A stretch of DNA of 60,000 nucleotides from Mobula hypostoma. Taxonomy: Eukaryota. Location: the NCBI RefSeq assembly GCF_963921235.1, contig NC_086097.1, forward strand, positions 123,940,001 to 124,000,000, in the 5' to 3' direction. The position numbers and the translations under genes are program-made. Shown piece after piece: positions 39,405-52,096 of this stretch (position 1 is its first letter; the number at the start of each line of letters is the position of its first letter). The notes beneath the pieces are model-generated. The model was not told where the DNA came from and ran no database searches. It worked only from the letters and a program-made list of their open reading frames with translations.

Positions 39405-40660
39405 ATTTTACAATTGGTATAGAAAGGGTATTAGGCGCTTTGAAGATCTTTTCATTGATAATCGTTTTGCAACTTTTCAACAACTGTCTGTAAAGTTTAA
39501 TCTACCTAATACTCATTTCTTTAGATATCTTCAAATTAGACATTTCATTAACCCTTTGATACCAAACTTTCCTGAGATGCCTGAGAAAAATGTTTTGGAC
39601 TTGCTTCTTTGTATCAATTCATTGGGTAAAGGTTTAATATCTGCTATTCAGGATAAGTTAGTGATTTTGAGGCGTGCCCCCTTCGATAAAATTAGAACTG
39701 CCTGGGAACATGAACTAAATATCTCCTTATCTGATGCGATTTGGGATTCAATTCTTAAGTCAGTCAACTCAACCTCTCTATGTGCTCATCACTGCCTTTT
39801 GCAGTTTAAGGTTGTACACAGGACTCACATGTCTAAAACTGAATTATCCCGGTTTTACCCCGACATTAGTCCTGCTTGTGATAAGTGTAGAGGGGCTGAG
39901 GCTTCACTTATTCATATGTACTGGGCCTGTCCTAGTTTAGAGAAATTTTGGAGAGAAGTTTTTTCAACCCTATCTCATATTCTTAATTGCCATTTAGAAC
40001 CTAACCCTCTGGTTGCTCTTTTTGGCACCTTGGGTGAAGTAGATATGCACTTGAGTCCGACTAAATGCCGAACATTATCTTTTGCCTCTCTCTTGGCGAG
40101 ATGGTTGGTTCTTCTTAGGTGGAAAGATGCTGCCCCACCCACTCATGCTCAATGGCTCAGTGATATTATGGCCTGTTTAGACCTCAAAGATTAATTATTC
40201 ACTTCTCAATTCGGACATAAAGTTTCATAAGGTGTGGGGACCCTTTCTTGAATATTTTCAAAACTCTTCTTTAGGTTAAGTTTATCCTTTTTTAGTATGC
40301 TACAATCCCTTACTTTCAGCTTTTTTTTTGTAATAGTATACGGTTTTTTGTTGTGAATTACATTATACTTCTGGTAGTCGGCATTATACTTTCTTTTTGC
40401 CTATATATATTTACAGTTCTCTGGGGTTGAATGCTCCGATTATTTTTTTTTCTTTTACACACAGAAATGGTTGGCCTTAGTTTTTTTTTCATGGGAGGTT
40501 GGGGTGGATACTAATTTTACATAATTCTATTTTGGGTGCTTTTTTATTGTTATGAATTATATATTGGACTTGCTTGTTTCGCACTATATAAATCTCCATT
40601 TTGTTGTTGGGTTTTTCCCCGTAGTTTTACTGTAGAAATGCATAAAAAATCAGTTTAAAA
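39405..40660 (+). mobile_element. L1/Tx1-clade 3' fragment
   Basis: ORF 39556-40194 with CDKC...HMYWAC; 15-bp TSD agttttattttacac. Confidence 0.92.
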
Positions 40661-40815
40661 AGTTTTATTTTACACTGAATAGTATAAAACTTACACAAAG
40701 TACTTAAGAGGAAAGGAATGAGTTGCACAGTGAAAGTATTTTGCTACAGTAATTCTAGTGGAAAGAAACAAATTATTTTGATGGCCTCCTTATGGGTCCA
40801 GAGGTTCCTCTCGGG

Positions 40816-40895
40816 CAGGGGTTCTCACCCTGAGGTCCATGGACCCTTCGGTTAATAGCAGGGGTCCATGGCATAAGGAAGGTTGGGAACCCTTG
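40816..40895. mobile_element. 80-bp hAT-type MITE
   Basis: TIRs caggggttctcacc / ggttgggaacccttg. Confidence 0.55.
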
Positions 40896-41611
40896 CCCGA
40901 GGAACAAATACAAAGCATGTACAATTCTATACTGCCATTATATTAGTTTAATATATTAGTATTATTTTTATGTAGTAGTTTTGCGATATGTTAGTTTTTT
41001 GTGTGGGGGGGTTGGGGATTTGGGATCTGATGTTCTTGTTGGTGTTTTTCTGGATGGGTGATCAGTTAGTTTTTTGTGGGCAAGAGAGGGGGCTGGAGGT
41101 TTGATGTCATCTTTGCTGTTTTTTTTCTTGTGGGCTATATGTTAGATTTTATTGTGAGGGAGAGGGTTGGGGGTTTGCAGTTTGATGTTCTGGCTGCCGT
41201 TTTCATACCATCTTAAAGGATTTTGGCTGTAGATGGTTAATCTGATTAACCATTCTAGTTAGCCCCCCCCCCCCACCCCCTCTATTATCCCCATCACTAA
41301 ATTGCACTGTAAACACTTTAAACCACCTATTTATAATGCTGTTTACATTGTAAATACATATTGTCGTTTAAGTACTTATGCACATTTTATTCCACGTCCG
41401 TACTTTTGCTTCTAGATATATTTTCATATAATTCTTTATAATCGTTGAATGTATTTGTTTTTTTTTGTTACATGCCAAAATACCACAGCAAATTCCTATG
41501 ACATGTAAATCTATATGGTGAATAAAGATGATTCTTGATCCTTGCTTGGAGACATTCCTTCGAAGCAGAAAACACCCTTACTCATAATTCACCCCTTTTT
41601 GATATACTTAC

Positions 41612-41640
41612 AAAGTCATCCAGTGTTACATTAGGTGGCT
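41612..41640 (-). CDS. rgs22: RGS22-like coding exon 2, 29 nt (EPPNVTLDDF)
   Basis: tttttcag acceptor, gtaagt donor; matches RGS22 EPPTITEEEF; phase 1 to 0. Confidence 0.88.
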
Positions 41641-42644
41641 CTGAAAAACAAAACATTCCAAAGTCAGGGGAACATAAACCATCTAGATAACTTAAAATCG
41701 ATTAGATTAAATTTAATTTATAAACTTCTCTTGATAGAAAAGGGGACAAGGAGATGGCAGATGAACTAAATGAGTATTTGCATCAGTCTTCACTGTGGAA
41801 GACACTAGCAGTATGCCTGATGTTCTGGTGTGTGAAGGAAGGGAAGTGGGTGTGGTTGCTGTTACAAGGGAGAAGGTGCTCAGAAAGCTGAAAGAACTAA
41901 AGGTACACAAGTCACTTGAACCAGATGAACTGCACCCTAGGGTTCTGAAGGAGGTAGCAGTAGAGATTGTGGAGGCATTAATAATGATCTTTCAAAAAAT
42001 CATTGGATTCTGGCATGGTGCCAGAGGACTGGAAAATTGCTAATATCACTCCACTCTTTAAGAAATGAGGAAGGCAGCAGAAAGGAAGTTATCAATCAGT
42101 TAGCCTGACCTCAGAGGTTGGGAAGATGTTAGAGTCAATTGTTAGGGATAAGGTTATGGAGTGCTTGGTGACACAGGACAAGATGGGACAACGTCAGCAT
42201 GGTTTCCTTTAGGGAAAATCTTGCCTGACAAACCTTTTGAAATTCATTGAGGAGATTACAAATAGAATAAACAAAAGGAAATGCCGTGGATGTTATATAT
42301 TTGGATTTTCAGAAGGCCTTTGACAAGGTGCCACACATGAGGCTGCTTACCAAGTTCTGAGCCCATGGTATTACAGGAAAGTTACTAACATGGTTAGAGC
42401 ATTGGTTGATTGGTAGGAGACAACGAGTGGGAATAAAAGAATTCTTTTCTGATTGGCTGCCAGTGACTAGTGGTGTTCCGCAGGGGTCGGTGTTGGGACC
42501 GCTCCTTTTTATGCTGTATATGAATAATTTAGATGATGGAATAGATGACTTTGTTGCCAAGTTTGCAGATGATACAAAGATTGGTGGAGGGACGGGTAGT
42601 GTTGCGGAAACAGGAAAGCTGCAGAAGGACTTAGACATATTAGG

Positions 42645-43345
42645 CAGACATCTCACCTCTCCCAGAAGTTCCGGGAGTCTCCCGCAAATTAATAGTGGTT
42701 CCCTGATGCCTGCAAATTATATACAATGTCCCAGAAATTGATTTTTTTGAGAGCAAGCGTGAGAGAAAGTGAGAGAGTAGGCGCAAGAGCAAGAAAGCAA
42801 GCGCGTGAGAGCAACCACGAGAGAGAGCGAGAGAGCGCACGCGCGCGAGAGAGAGAGCGAGACCGAGAAAGTAAGCGCGAGAGAGAGTGAGAGTGAGAAA
42901 GCAAGCGTGGGAGAGCAAGAGCAAGAGCAAGAAAGCGAGCGCGAGTGAGGGCGTCCACGAGCGACAGCGTGCGCGCGATAGAGAGAGAGCAAGAGTGAGA
43001 GACTTCCAAAAAACGAAAATATAAAATGAACGTCACCCCAGACTACACTAAAGTGTACCCCTGCCTAATAGGGGTCAAAAATAATGACAGTGTTGCTCGC
43101 TGCACTGTTTGCAACAGTGACTTTTCTATTGCCCATGGTGGGTTAAGACTGTAAAAGACATGTTGAGGTGAGTTTAACAGGTGTCATTTGTTCATTAGCA
43201 TAGCTAACGTTATTTAAACTAGCTGGCCAGCTGCTAAGGAGCTACTCTATTGCAGACATCCCACCTCTCCCGGAAGTTCCGGGAGTCTCCCGCAAATTGA
43301 TGGTGCTACCTCTCTGAAATGAGTTTTTGCAGGGTGGGATATCTG
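42645..43345 (+). mobile_element. Non-autonomous hAT-like DNA transposon with GA-rich core
   Basis: TIRs cagacatctcacc / ggtgggatatctg; tattagg duplicated; zinc-finger remnant CTVCNSDFSIAHGG...CKRH (about 43095-43167); (GA/GC)n at 42748-43003. Confidence 0.8.
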
Positions 43346-43590
43346 TATTAGGAGAATAGGCAAGAGAGTGGCAAGTGAAATACAATGTTGAAATTGCATG
43401 GTCATGCACTTTGGTAGAACAAACGTGCAGATTATTTTCTAAACAGAGAGAAAATCTATAAGTCTGAGATGCAAAGGGACTTGGGAGTCCTTGTGCAGAA
43501 CACTCTGAAGGTTAATTTGCAGGTCGAGTCAGTGGTGAGGAAGGCAAATGCAATGTTAGCATTCATTTCAAGAGGTCTAGAATATAGGGG

Positions 43591-43710
43591 CAGGGATGTT
43601 ATGCTGAGGCTTTGTAAGGACAGGGATGTGATGCTGAGCCTTTATAAGGACAGGGATGTGATACTGAGGCTTTATAAGGACAGGGATGTGATACTGAGGC
43701 TTTGTAAGGC
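43591..43710 (+). repeat. 4 x 30-bp tandem repeat inside CR1 ORF2
   Basis: cagggatgtgatgctgaggctttataagga-type unit, four copies. Confidence 0.95.
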
Positions 43711-44320
43711 ACTGGTGAGGCCTCACCATGAGTATGTGAACAATTTTGGGCTCCTCATTTAAGAAAAGCTGTGCTGGCATTGGAAAGGATTCAGAGGAGG
43801 TTCACAAGGATAATTCCTGGAATGAAAGGGTTATCATATGAGGAATGTCTGATGGACTCTGCACTCACTGGAATTTAGAAGGATGGGGGGAGTATCTCAT
43901 TGAAACCTTTCGAATGTTGAAAGACCTAGACAGAGTAGATGTGGAAAGGATGTTTCCCATGGTGGTGGAATCTAGGACAAGAGGGCATAGCTTCAGAATA
44001 AAGGGCATCCATTTAAAATAAGATACAGAGAAATTTCTTTAGCCAGAGGTAGTCTCTCTGGGAGATGACTGGTCTTGTCCAGAGGGTGGAGAATTTGTGG
44101 AATTTATTACCCAAAACAGCCATGGAGGCCAGGTCATTGGGTGTATTTAAGGCAGAGCTTGATAGGTTCTTGATTGGACATGGCATCAAAGTTTACAGGG
44201 AGAAGGCCAGGGAAAGGGGTTGAGGAGGGGGGAAAAAGGATCAGCCATGATTGAATGGTGGAGCAGACTCGATGGGCCAAATGGCCTAATTCTGCTCCTA
44301 TGTCATATGGCCTTATGGTC

Positions 44321-47270
44321 TATACAGGGGAATTTACCACTTTGGTACCAGGACACCAGCACATGCAGATATATTTTAATCGAACTGAAATAATGGCACC
44401 TCAATGGTGCTTCAATGAGACTGTTATTTACTCATCGTCTTGGGAGACATCTAAGCAGAAGTGAGTTTGAACCATCAAAAATCGAAGGAAGAGAGGAGTT
44501 CTGCCTTAGGGGTAGCCACGGTAAATACCTCAGATACATAGTAGAATTAGAAAACCAGATACAGTCCCTTCAGCAAAAACATGTAGGATATTACTGGAGA
44601 AAATTATCAGGATCAGATACAGACTAATGAAATTGGTCAGTGTGCATCCAGGTAACTCGGGATGCACTTAAATTTCTGAATCTGATAGCATGGACCTCAC
44701 TTCTTTCTTTTTTTTTCTTTTTCCAACATTTTTATTGATATTGTATAAATTACATGAATACAAATACAAAATTCATAAGGATACAAGTAAATAATACAAA
44801 TTACATTACATTTAAATCACAGTAATATGATCACAGTATCCCATATTCCAAAACAATCATGTATAAAAAAAGATTGAATTATGAAATGAAATAGAATAAA
44901 ATAATTGTATTTTATTAAAAAAAATCTACGCCCACTACCAAAATGAGCTGGTTGGTAAAAAAAAAGAAAAAAGAAAAATACATTACCATATGATATTATA
45001 ATAATAATGGCTCAGATCCATACTTTAATAACAGTTCAAAGATTGTGAAAATAATTCAGAAAGGGTCCTCATAACATTAGAAAATCATGTTTAGAATCAG
45101 AAATCGTACAACAAATCTTCTCTAGATCAAGGTACAACATAACATCAAATAGCCATTGAACATGAGTGGGTCCTTCCACTTGAGCAAAATCGCTCTCCTG
45201 GCCATAAGAGACATAAAGGCCAATACCCGTAAATTAGATGGCTTCAATTTTGTAACACTATCCTCAACAATACCAAACAAGGCAGACAAATGGTTGGGCT
45301 TAAAGCTGACATTGAAAAGTGCAGAAAAATTTTGAAATACATCTTTCCAGAATTTTTCAAGGCTCGGACAAGTCCAAAACATATGAATTAGTGTGGCCAC
45401 TCCATTAGTACATCTATCACAGTAAGGGGAAATATCTGCATAGAAACGGGAAAGCTTATCTTTAGACACGTGACATCTATGTACCACTTTGAATTGTAAT
45501 AAAGAATGACGAGCACATAATGATGAAGAATTAATCAATTTTAAAATAGTCTTCCAGCTCTCATCAGATATGAAAATCTGTAAATCCTTTCCCCAGTCTC
45601 CATTAATTTTATCCATAGAGGCTATTTTCAGTCTCAACAGTAGACCATAAATGTAAGATATTGAACTGTTATCAAAGGGTTTCAGATTAAAAATTGTATC
45701 TATTATATTCTTATCTGGACTTGTAGGAAATGTAAGTAATTGAGATCTTAAAAAATCTCTAATCTGTAAGTATCGAAAAAAGTGAGTGTTGGAAAGGTTA
45801 AATTTCGTTGAAAGTTGCACAAAAGAGTGATTCCCTCCATCAAACAAATCCTGAAATCATTTAATACCCAATCTATCCCATTCTTTAAAAGATGAGTCAA
45901 TTAAAGATTTGCCTTACCCAATTTTAGGTTATATTATTGGGCGGTTAATATACGTAATATTACGTTCTAGATATATTACATTAACCATGAGAATTGCCCT
46001 ATATGGGTTTCTTTGGAAGTCAACTCTGTATTAAAATTTTCCATTATTTCTTTACTTGGATCCTCGCTTCCTTTATCTTTAAATAAACTAATTGACAATG
46101 TGGTGGTTAAACATACATTGAGGACTTGGTTACAGTTTAGAAAACGTTTTGGTTTATTGAGATTCTCCCTCTCAAGTCCCATACCTTCTAATTGATTTTT
46201 CAAACCATCTTTAATGGACCTCACTTCTAAAGAAACACATAAGAGTGAGATCTGTGCTACATATACTAGTTGAATGCTTGCCATGATTGGCACAAATTCG
46301 TTACAACTTTATGTACATCAAGTACCAAATTGGGTATCAAACGAGTAGCTAAAAGAATGGGTTGGAGAAAAGGGACCCTCGTGTCACTTTCAAAGTCTTA
46401 TACTAACCAATAGATTACTGGGTACCTGTGATGATGGTAAATGAAGGTTTTATGTTGGTGCAGTTAACCTACCCTTTGAAAAGGATTCACAATGTGGACA
46501 AATATCATGAGAAGACTTTGATATCCTTCAGTAACCCACCAACACTTTCTATTGTTATGAATGGTACTGGGAAATGGATAGATCTTTAGCCAGATGTAGT
46601 CTCTCTGGGAGACCACTGGTCTTGACCAGAGAGAGGGTGGTGAATTTGTGGATTTTTTTACCCCAGGCAGCTGTGGAGGCCAGGTCATTGGGTGTATTTA
46701 AGGCAGAGCGTGAAAGGTTCTTGATTGGACATGGCATCAAAGTTTATGGGGAGAAGGCCAGGGAGTCATCAAGGGGGAGACCACTGGTCTTGTCCAGAAG
46801 AAATGACAAGGCATAAATTTACAAATTGTGGTTTTAGTACTTAAGAAAATTATTCATTCTCTATTTTGCAAGTGAATAATCAATCAGTCTTTCATGCAAT
46901 ATGCACTGGTGGGATAGATATATAACAACAGTAGCTACAAGTTATACCAAGAGATGGAAACCGTGCCCTTTGGAAAGTTATAATGTCACCATTGGGAATG
47001 TAACTTTAAATCTGACTATTGGAGGACAAACTTTGCCTCAGTTAACAGTGGACGTGGTAACGAAGGAGAACCTCACAATCCAACACAGTGATATGGATCA
47101 ATATGTTGTTACCGACTTACCACTAATCCCTCACTTGACTGCAGACTGGACATGAGTAGTAGAGGAGGCAAGGCAGATAATCCATCAATGGACTAAGCGT
47201 ACACAAGTTATTAAGACACACGCTGATAAGGAAAATGAAGTATTAAGTGACGCAGACTCTTGGGATTCAA
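44321..47270 (+). pseudogene. Decayed viral class I fusion glycoprotein (env-like), split by L1
   Basis: RRKR at 44483-44494, ALGVATVNTSD at 44503-44535, heptad-like IVELENQIQSLQQK, Cys-containing segments, at least 7 N-x-S/T sequons; many stops and frameshifts. Confidence 0.6.
44705..46213 (-). mobile_element. L1/Tx1-clade insertion with 5' inversion
   Basis: T-rich tail at 44705; minus ORF 45122-45847; plus-oriented ALPNFRLYYWA segment 45909-46213; 15-bp TSD atggacctcacttct. Confidence 0.92.
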
Positions 47271-47714
47271 AGTAGTTACTGGTTTGGTAACTGATTTAGA
47301 ACAAAGAGCCATAAATTACTGGTTGTTACTTGCGGAAGAGGGTAATAAATGGATGCTGGATTGGACTAGAGCCAATAGGAAGGTGACATAGGTCAGATGA
47401 CCTCGAGCCATCAAGCCTGAAATGCACCATATGAACTGATAAGGGAAGGAGAGGCTTCGAATGCAAGCCAGCCACAACTCTCCAGAGACCAACGATCGGG
47501 GATGCAGAGGACCCCACATTGCAGCATAGACCCCTTTCCTGGATATAACCTTTCCTATTCTTTGACTGTTCATGGAAAGTTAGGGAAACTTACAAGGTGT
47601 GCACATATTTGGTTGTGTAACTTCATGCAGTTTTTTGTTGAGATAATAAGGGTCATTCTCAGAGAATACAGATTCTCTCTGTGCCTAACTGATCATTATC
47701 ACTAAGGAGTAATC

Positions 47715-49220
47715 CTTATAATGCCAGAGAACTGGAAAATTGCAAATGTTACTCCACTCATTAAGAAGTGGGGGGATGCAGAAGAAGGGAAATTACAGGC
47801 CAGTTAGCCTGACTTCAGTGATTGGGAAGATGTTGGAGTCCGTTATTAAGGACGAGGTTTTGGTGTACTCGGAAGCACATGATAAAGTAGACCTTAAGGG
47901 GAAATCTTGTCTGACAAATCTGTTGGAATTATTTGAGAAAAAAACAGGCATAATAGACGAAGTCCATAACAATCAGTAGATGTTGTTTACTTGGATTTTT
48001 AGAAAGCCTTTGATAAGTTGCCCCACTTGAGGCTGCTTAACAAGATAGGAACCCATGGTATTACAGGAAAAATACTAGCGTGGGCAGAAGGTTGGCTGAT
48101 GGGCAGGATATAAAGAGTCACAATAAAGGGGGCCTATTCTGGCTGGCTGCCGGTGATAACTGGTGTTTTGCAGGGGTCGGTATTGGGACCACTCATTTTC
48201 ACATTGTACGTCAACTATTTGGTTGATGGAATTGATGGCTTTGTAGCTAAGTTTGCAAACAATACGAAGATAGGTGGAGGGGCAGGTAGTGTTGAGGAAG
48301 CAGAGAGACTGTAGAAGGACTTGGATGAATTGGGAAAATGGGCAAAGAAGTGGCAGATGGAATATTACGTAGGGAAGTGTATGGTCATGCACTTTGGTAG
48401 AAGGAGTAATGGTGTAGACTATTTTTTAAATGGGGAGAAATTTCAAAAATCACAGGTGCAACGAGACTTGGGAGTGCTTGTGCGGGATTCCCTAAAGGTT
48501 AACTTGTAGGTTGAGTCCATTTCGAGCGGACTAGAATATAACAGCAAGGATGTGATGCTGAGGCTTTATAAGGCATTGGTCAGACTGCACTAAATTATTG
48601 TGAGCAGTTTTAGGCCCCTTAACTAAGAAAAGAATTGCTGATGTTAGAGAGGGTCCTGAGCAGCTTCACGAGATTGACTCCCAGAATAAATGGGTTAATG
48701 TATAAGAAAGACACACAAAATGCTGGAGGAACTCAGCAGGCCAGGCAGCAACTATGGAAAAGAGTACTGTTGATTTTTCAGGCCAAGGCCCTTCGGCAGA
48801 AAGGTCTCGGCCTGAAACGTTGACAGTACTCTTTTCCATAGATGCTGCCTGGCCTGCTGAGTTTCTCCAGCAGTTTGTGTGTGTTGCTTGGATTTCCAGC
48901 ATCTGCAGATTTTCTCTTGTTTGTGATTGGGTTAACATATGAGGAGTGTTTGATGGCTCTGGGCCTGCACTCATTGGAGTTTGGAAGAATGGGGGGATCT
49001 CATTGAAACCTCTTGAATATACAGAGTGGATGTGGAGAGGATGTTTCCTGTAGTGGGTGAGTCTAGGACCAGAGGGCACAGCCTCAGAATAGAGGGACAT
49101 ACATTTAGATCAGAGATGAGAAGGAATTTCTTTAGCCAGACGGTGGTGAATCTTTGGAATTCATTGCCACGGACAGCAGTGGAGGCCATGTCATTGAGTA
49201 TATTTAAAGCAGAGGTTGAT
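47715..49220 (+). mobile_element. Decayed CR1; 3' end resumes at about 51480-51605
   Basis: GNYRPVSLTS and RT motifs; interrupted by a Penelope foldback and a younger CR1. Confidence 0.9.
48710..48926. mobile_element. Foldback Penelope-derived element
   Basis: Inverted arms of about 80 bp around ggcaga; flanking tgggttaa..tat.ag.ag duplication. Confidence 0.82.
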
Positions 49221-51478
49221 ATAGAAACATAGAAACATAGAAAATAGGTGCAGGAGTAGGCCATTCGGCCTTCGAGCCTGCACCGCCATTTATTATGATC
49301 ATGGCTGATCATCCAACTCAGAACCCCGCCCCAGCCTTCCCTCCATACCCAATGACCCCTGTAGCCACAAGGGCCATATCTAACTCCCTCTTAAATATAG
49401 CCAATGAACCGGCCTCAACTGTTTCCTGTTGGCAGAGAATTCCACAGATTCACCACTCTCTGTGTGAAGAAGTTTTTCCCAATCTCAGTCCTAAAAGGCT
49501 TCCCCTCTATCCTCAAACTGTGACCCCTCGTTCTGGACTTCCCCAACATCGGGAACAATCTTCCTGCATCTAGCCTGTCCAATCCCTTTAGGATTTTATA
49601 CGTTTCAATCAGATCCCCCCTCAATCTTCTAAATTCCAACAAGTACAAGCCCAGTTCATCCAGTCTTTCTTCATATGAAAGTCCTGCCATCCCAGGAATC
49701 AATCTGGTGAACCTTCTTTGTACTCCCTCTATGGCAAGGATGTCTTTCCTCAAATTAGGGGACCAAAACTGCACACAATACTCCAGGTGTGGTCTTACCA
49801 AGGCCTTGTACAACTGCAGTAGTACCTCCCTGCTCCTGTACTCGAATCCTCTCGCTATAAATGCCAGCATACCATTTGCCTTTTTCACCGCCTGCTGTAC
49901 CTGCATGCCCACTTTCAATGACTGGTGTATAATGACACCCAGGTCTCGTTGCACCTCCCCTTTTCCCAATTGGCCACCATTCAGATAATAATCTGTTTTC
50001 CTATTTTTGCCACCAAAGTGGATAACTTCACATTTATCCACATTAAATTGCATCTGCCATGAATTTGCCCACTCACCCAACCTATCCAAGTCACCCTGCA
50101 TCCTCTTAGCATCCTCCTCACAGCTAACACTGCCACCCAGCTTTGTGTCATCCGCAAACTTGGAGATGCTGCATTTAATTCCCTCATCCAAGTCATTAAT
50201 ATATATTGTAAACAACTGGGGTCCCAGCACTGAGCCTTGCGGTACCCCACTAGTCACCGCCTGCCATTCTGAAAAGGTCCCGTCTATTCCCACTCTTTGC
50301 TTCCTGTCTGCTAACCAATTCTCCATCGACATCAATACCTTACCCCCAATACCGTGTGCTTTAAGTTTGCACACTAATCTCATGTGTGGGACCTTGTCAA
50401 AGCCTTTTGAAAATCCAAATATACCACATCCACTGGTTCTCCCCTATCCACTCTACTAGTTACATCCTCAAAAAATTCTATGAGATTCGTCAGACATGAT
50501 TTTCCTTTCACAAATCCATGCTGACTTTTTCCGATGATTTCACCGCTTTCCAAATGTGCTGTTATCACATCCTTGATAACTGACTCCAGCAGTTTCCCCA
50601 CCACCAACGTTAGGCTAACCGGTCTATAATTCCCCGGTTTCTCTCCCCCTCCTTTTTTAAAAAGTGGGGTTACAGTAGCCACCCTCCAATCCTCAGGAAC
50701 CAGTCCAGAATCTAACGAGTTTTGAAAAATTATCACTAATGCATCCACTATTTCTTGGGCTACTTCCTTAAGCACTCTAGGATGCAGACCATCTGGCCCT
50801 GGGGATTTATCTGCCTTCAATCCCTTCAATTTACCTAACACCACTTCCCTACTAACATGTATTTCACTCAGTTCCTCCATCTCACTGGACCCTCTGTCCC
50901 CTACTATTTCTGGAGGATTATTTATGTCCTCCTTAGTGAAGACAGAACCAAAGTAATTATTCAGTTGGTCTGCCATGTCCTTGCTCCCCATAATCAATCC
51001 ACCTGTTTCTGTCTGTAGGGGACCTCATTTGTCTTTACCAGTCTTTTCCTTTTTACATATCTATAAAAGCTTTTACAGTCAGTTTTTATGTTCCCTGCCA
51101 GTTTTCTCTCATAATCTTTTTTCCCCTTCCTAATTAAGCCCTTTGTCCTCCTCTGCTGAACTCTGAATTTCTCCCAGTCCTCAGGTGAGCCACTTTCTCT
51201 GGCTAATTTGTATGCTTCTTCTTTGGAATTGATACTATCCCTAATTTCTCTTGTCAGCCACGGGTGCACTACCTTCCTTGATTTATTCTTTTGCCAAACT
51301 GGGATGAACAATTGTTGTAGTTCATCCATGCAACCTTTAAATGCTTGCCATTGCATATCCACCGTCAATCCTTTAAGTGTCATTTGCCAGTCTATCTTAG
51401 CTAATTCACGTCTCATACCTTCAAAGTTACCCCTCTTTAAGTTCAGAACCTTTGTTTCTGAATTAACTATGTCACTCT
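49221..51478 (-). mobile_element. Young CR1 LINE, 5' truncated
   Basis: ORFs 50994-51416, 50380-50997 and 49415-50383 joined by frameshifts; SKFADDTK; (atagaaac)n tail. Confidence 0.97.
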
Positions 51479-51889
51479 CTATGATTTTGATTAGTTAGGG
51501 TGTCAAAGGGATTGAGAGGGATAATAAATCAGCCATGGTGGAATGGCAGAGCAGATACATTGGGCCAAGTGGCCGAATTCTGCTCTTATGTCTGTTGGTC
51601 TTATTCAACCTTTCCGTGTAACTCGGTTCATCAAGTCCTACCAACATCTTGTACATTTTCTCTGTATTCTTTCAATCTTATTGATCCCTTTCCCGTAGAT
51701 AGATGACCAGAATTACACATAATACACTGAAATTGGCATCACCACTGTAACATCCCAATTCCTGTACTCAGTACTTCGATTTATGAAGGCCAATGTGCCA
51801 AAAGCTTCCTTTATGACCCCATCTACCTGTGATGCCACTTTCAAGGAATTATGCATCTGTATTCTCAGATCCCTCTGTTCCACCACACC

Positions 51890-52095
51890 ACCAGCAACTC
51901 CAGATTTAAACTTAGCCTAGTCACAGAACAATTTATAATGACCAATTAACCCATTAGCTGTTGTGTCTTTGGACTGTGGGAGGAAACCAGAGCACCTGGA
52001 TAAAATACACACAGGGGAGGACATATGGCCTCGTAACAGAGGATGTCGGGATTGTACAACAAATTCCAACACCCTGAGCTGTAATAGCATCATTC
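51890..52095 (-). mobile_element. V-SINE (HE1-like)
   Basis: gtctttggactgtgggaggaaaccagagcacctgga is the V-domain reverse complement. Confidence 0.78.
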
Positions 52096-52096
52096 T

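Larger units (their letters stand above)
41735..44320 (+). mobile_element. Decayed CR1 LINE with nested hAT
   Basis: RT motifs VPQGSVLGP and KFADDTK; CR1 3' tail atggccttatggtc. Confidence 0.93.

Noticed and set aside
42640..43036. Leu/Ser/Arg-rich ORFs
   Set aside because: Translations of a GA-rich microsatellite
43591..43710. Regularly spaced 30-bp repeats as a CRISPR-like array
   Set aside because: No spacers; a tandem expansion of CR1 coding sequence in eukaryotic DNA
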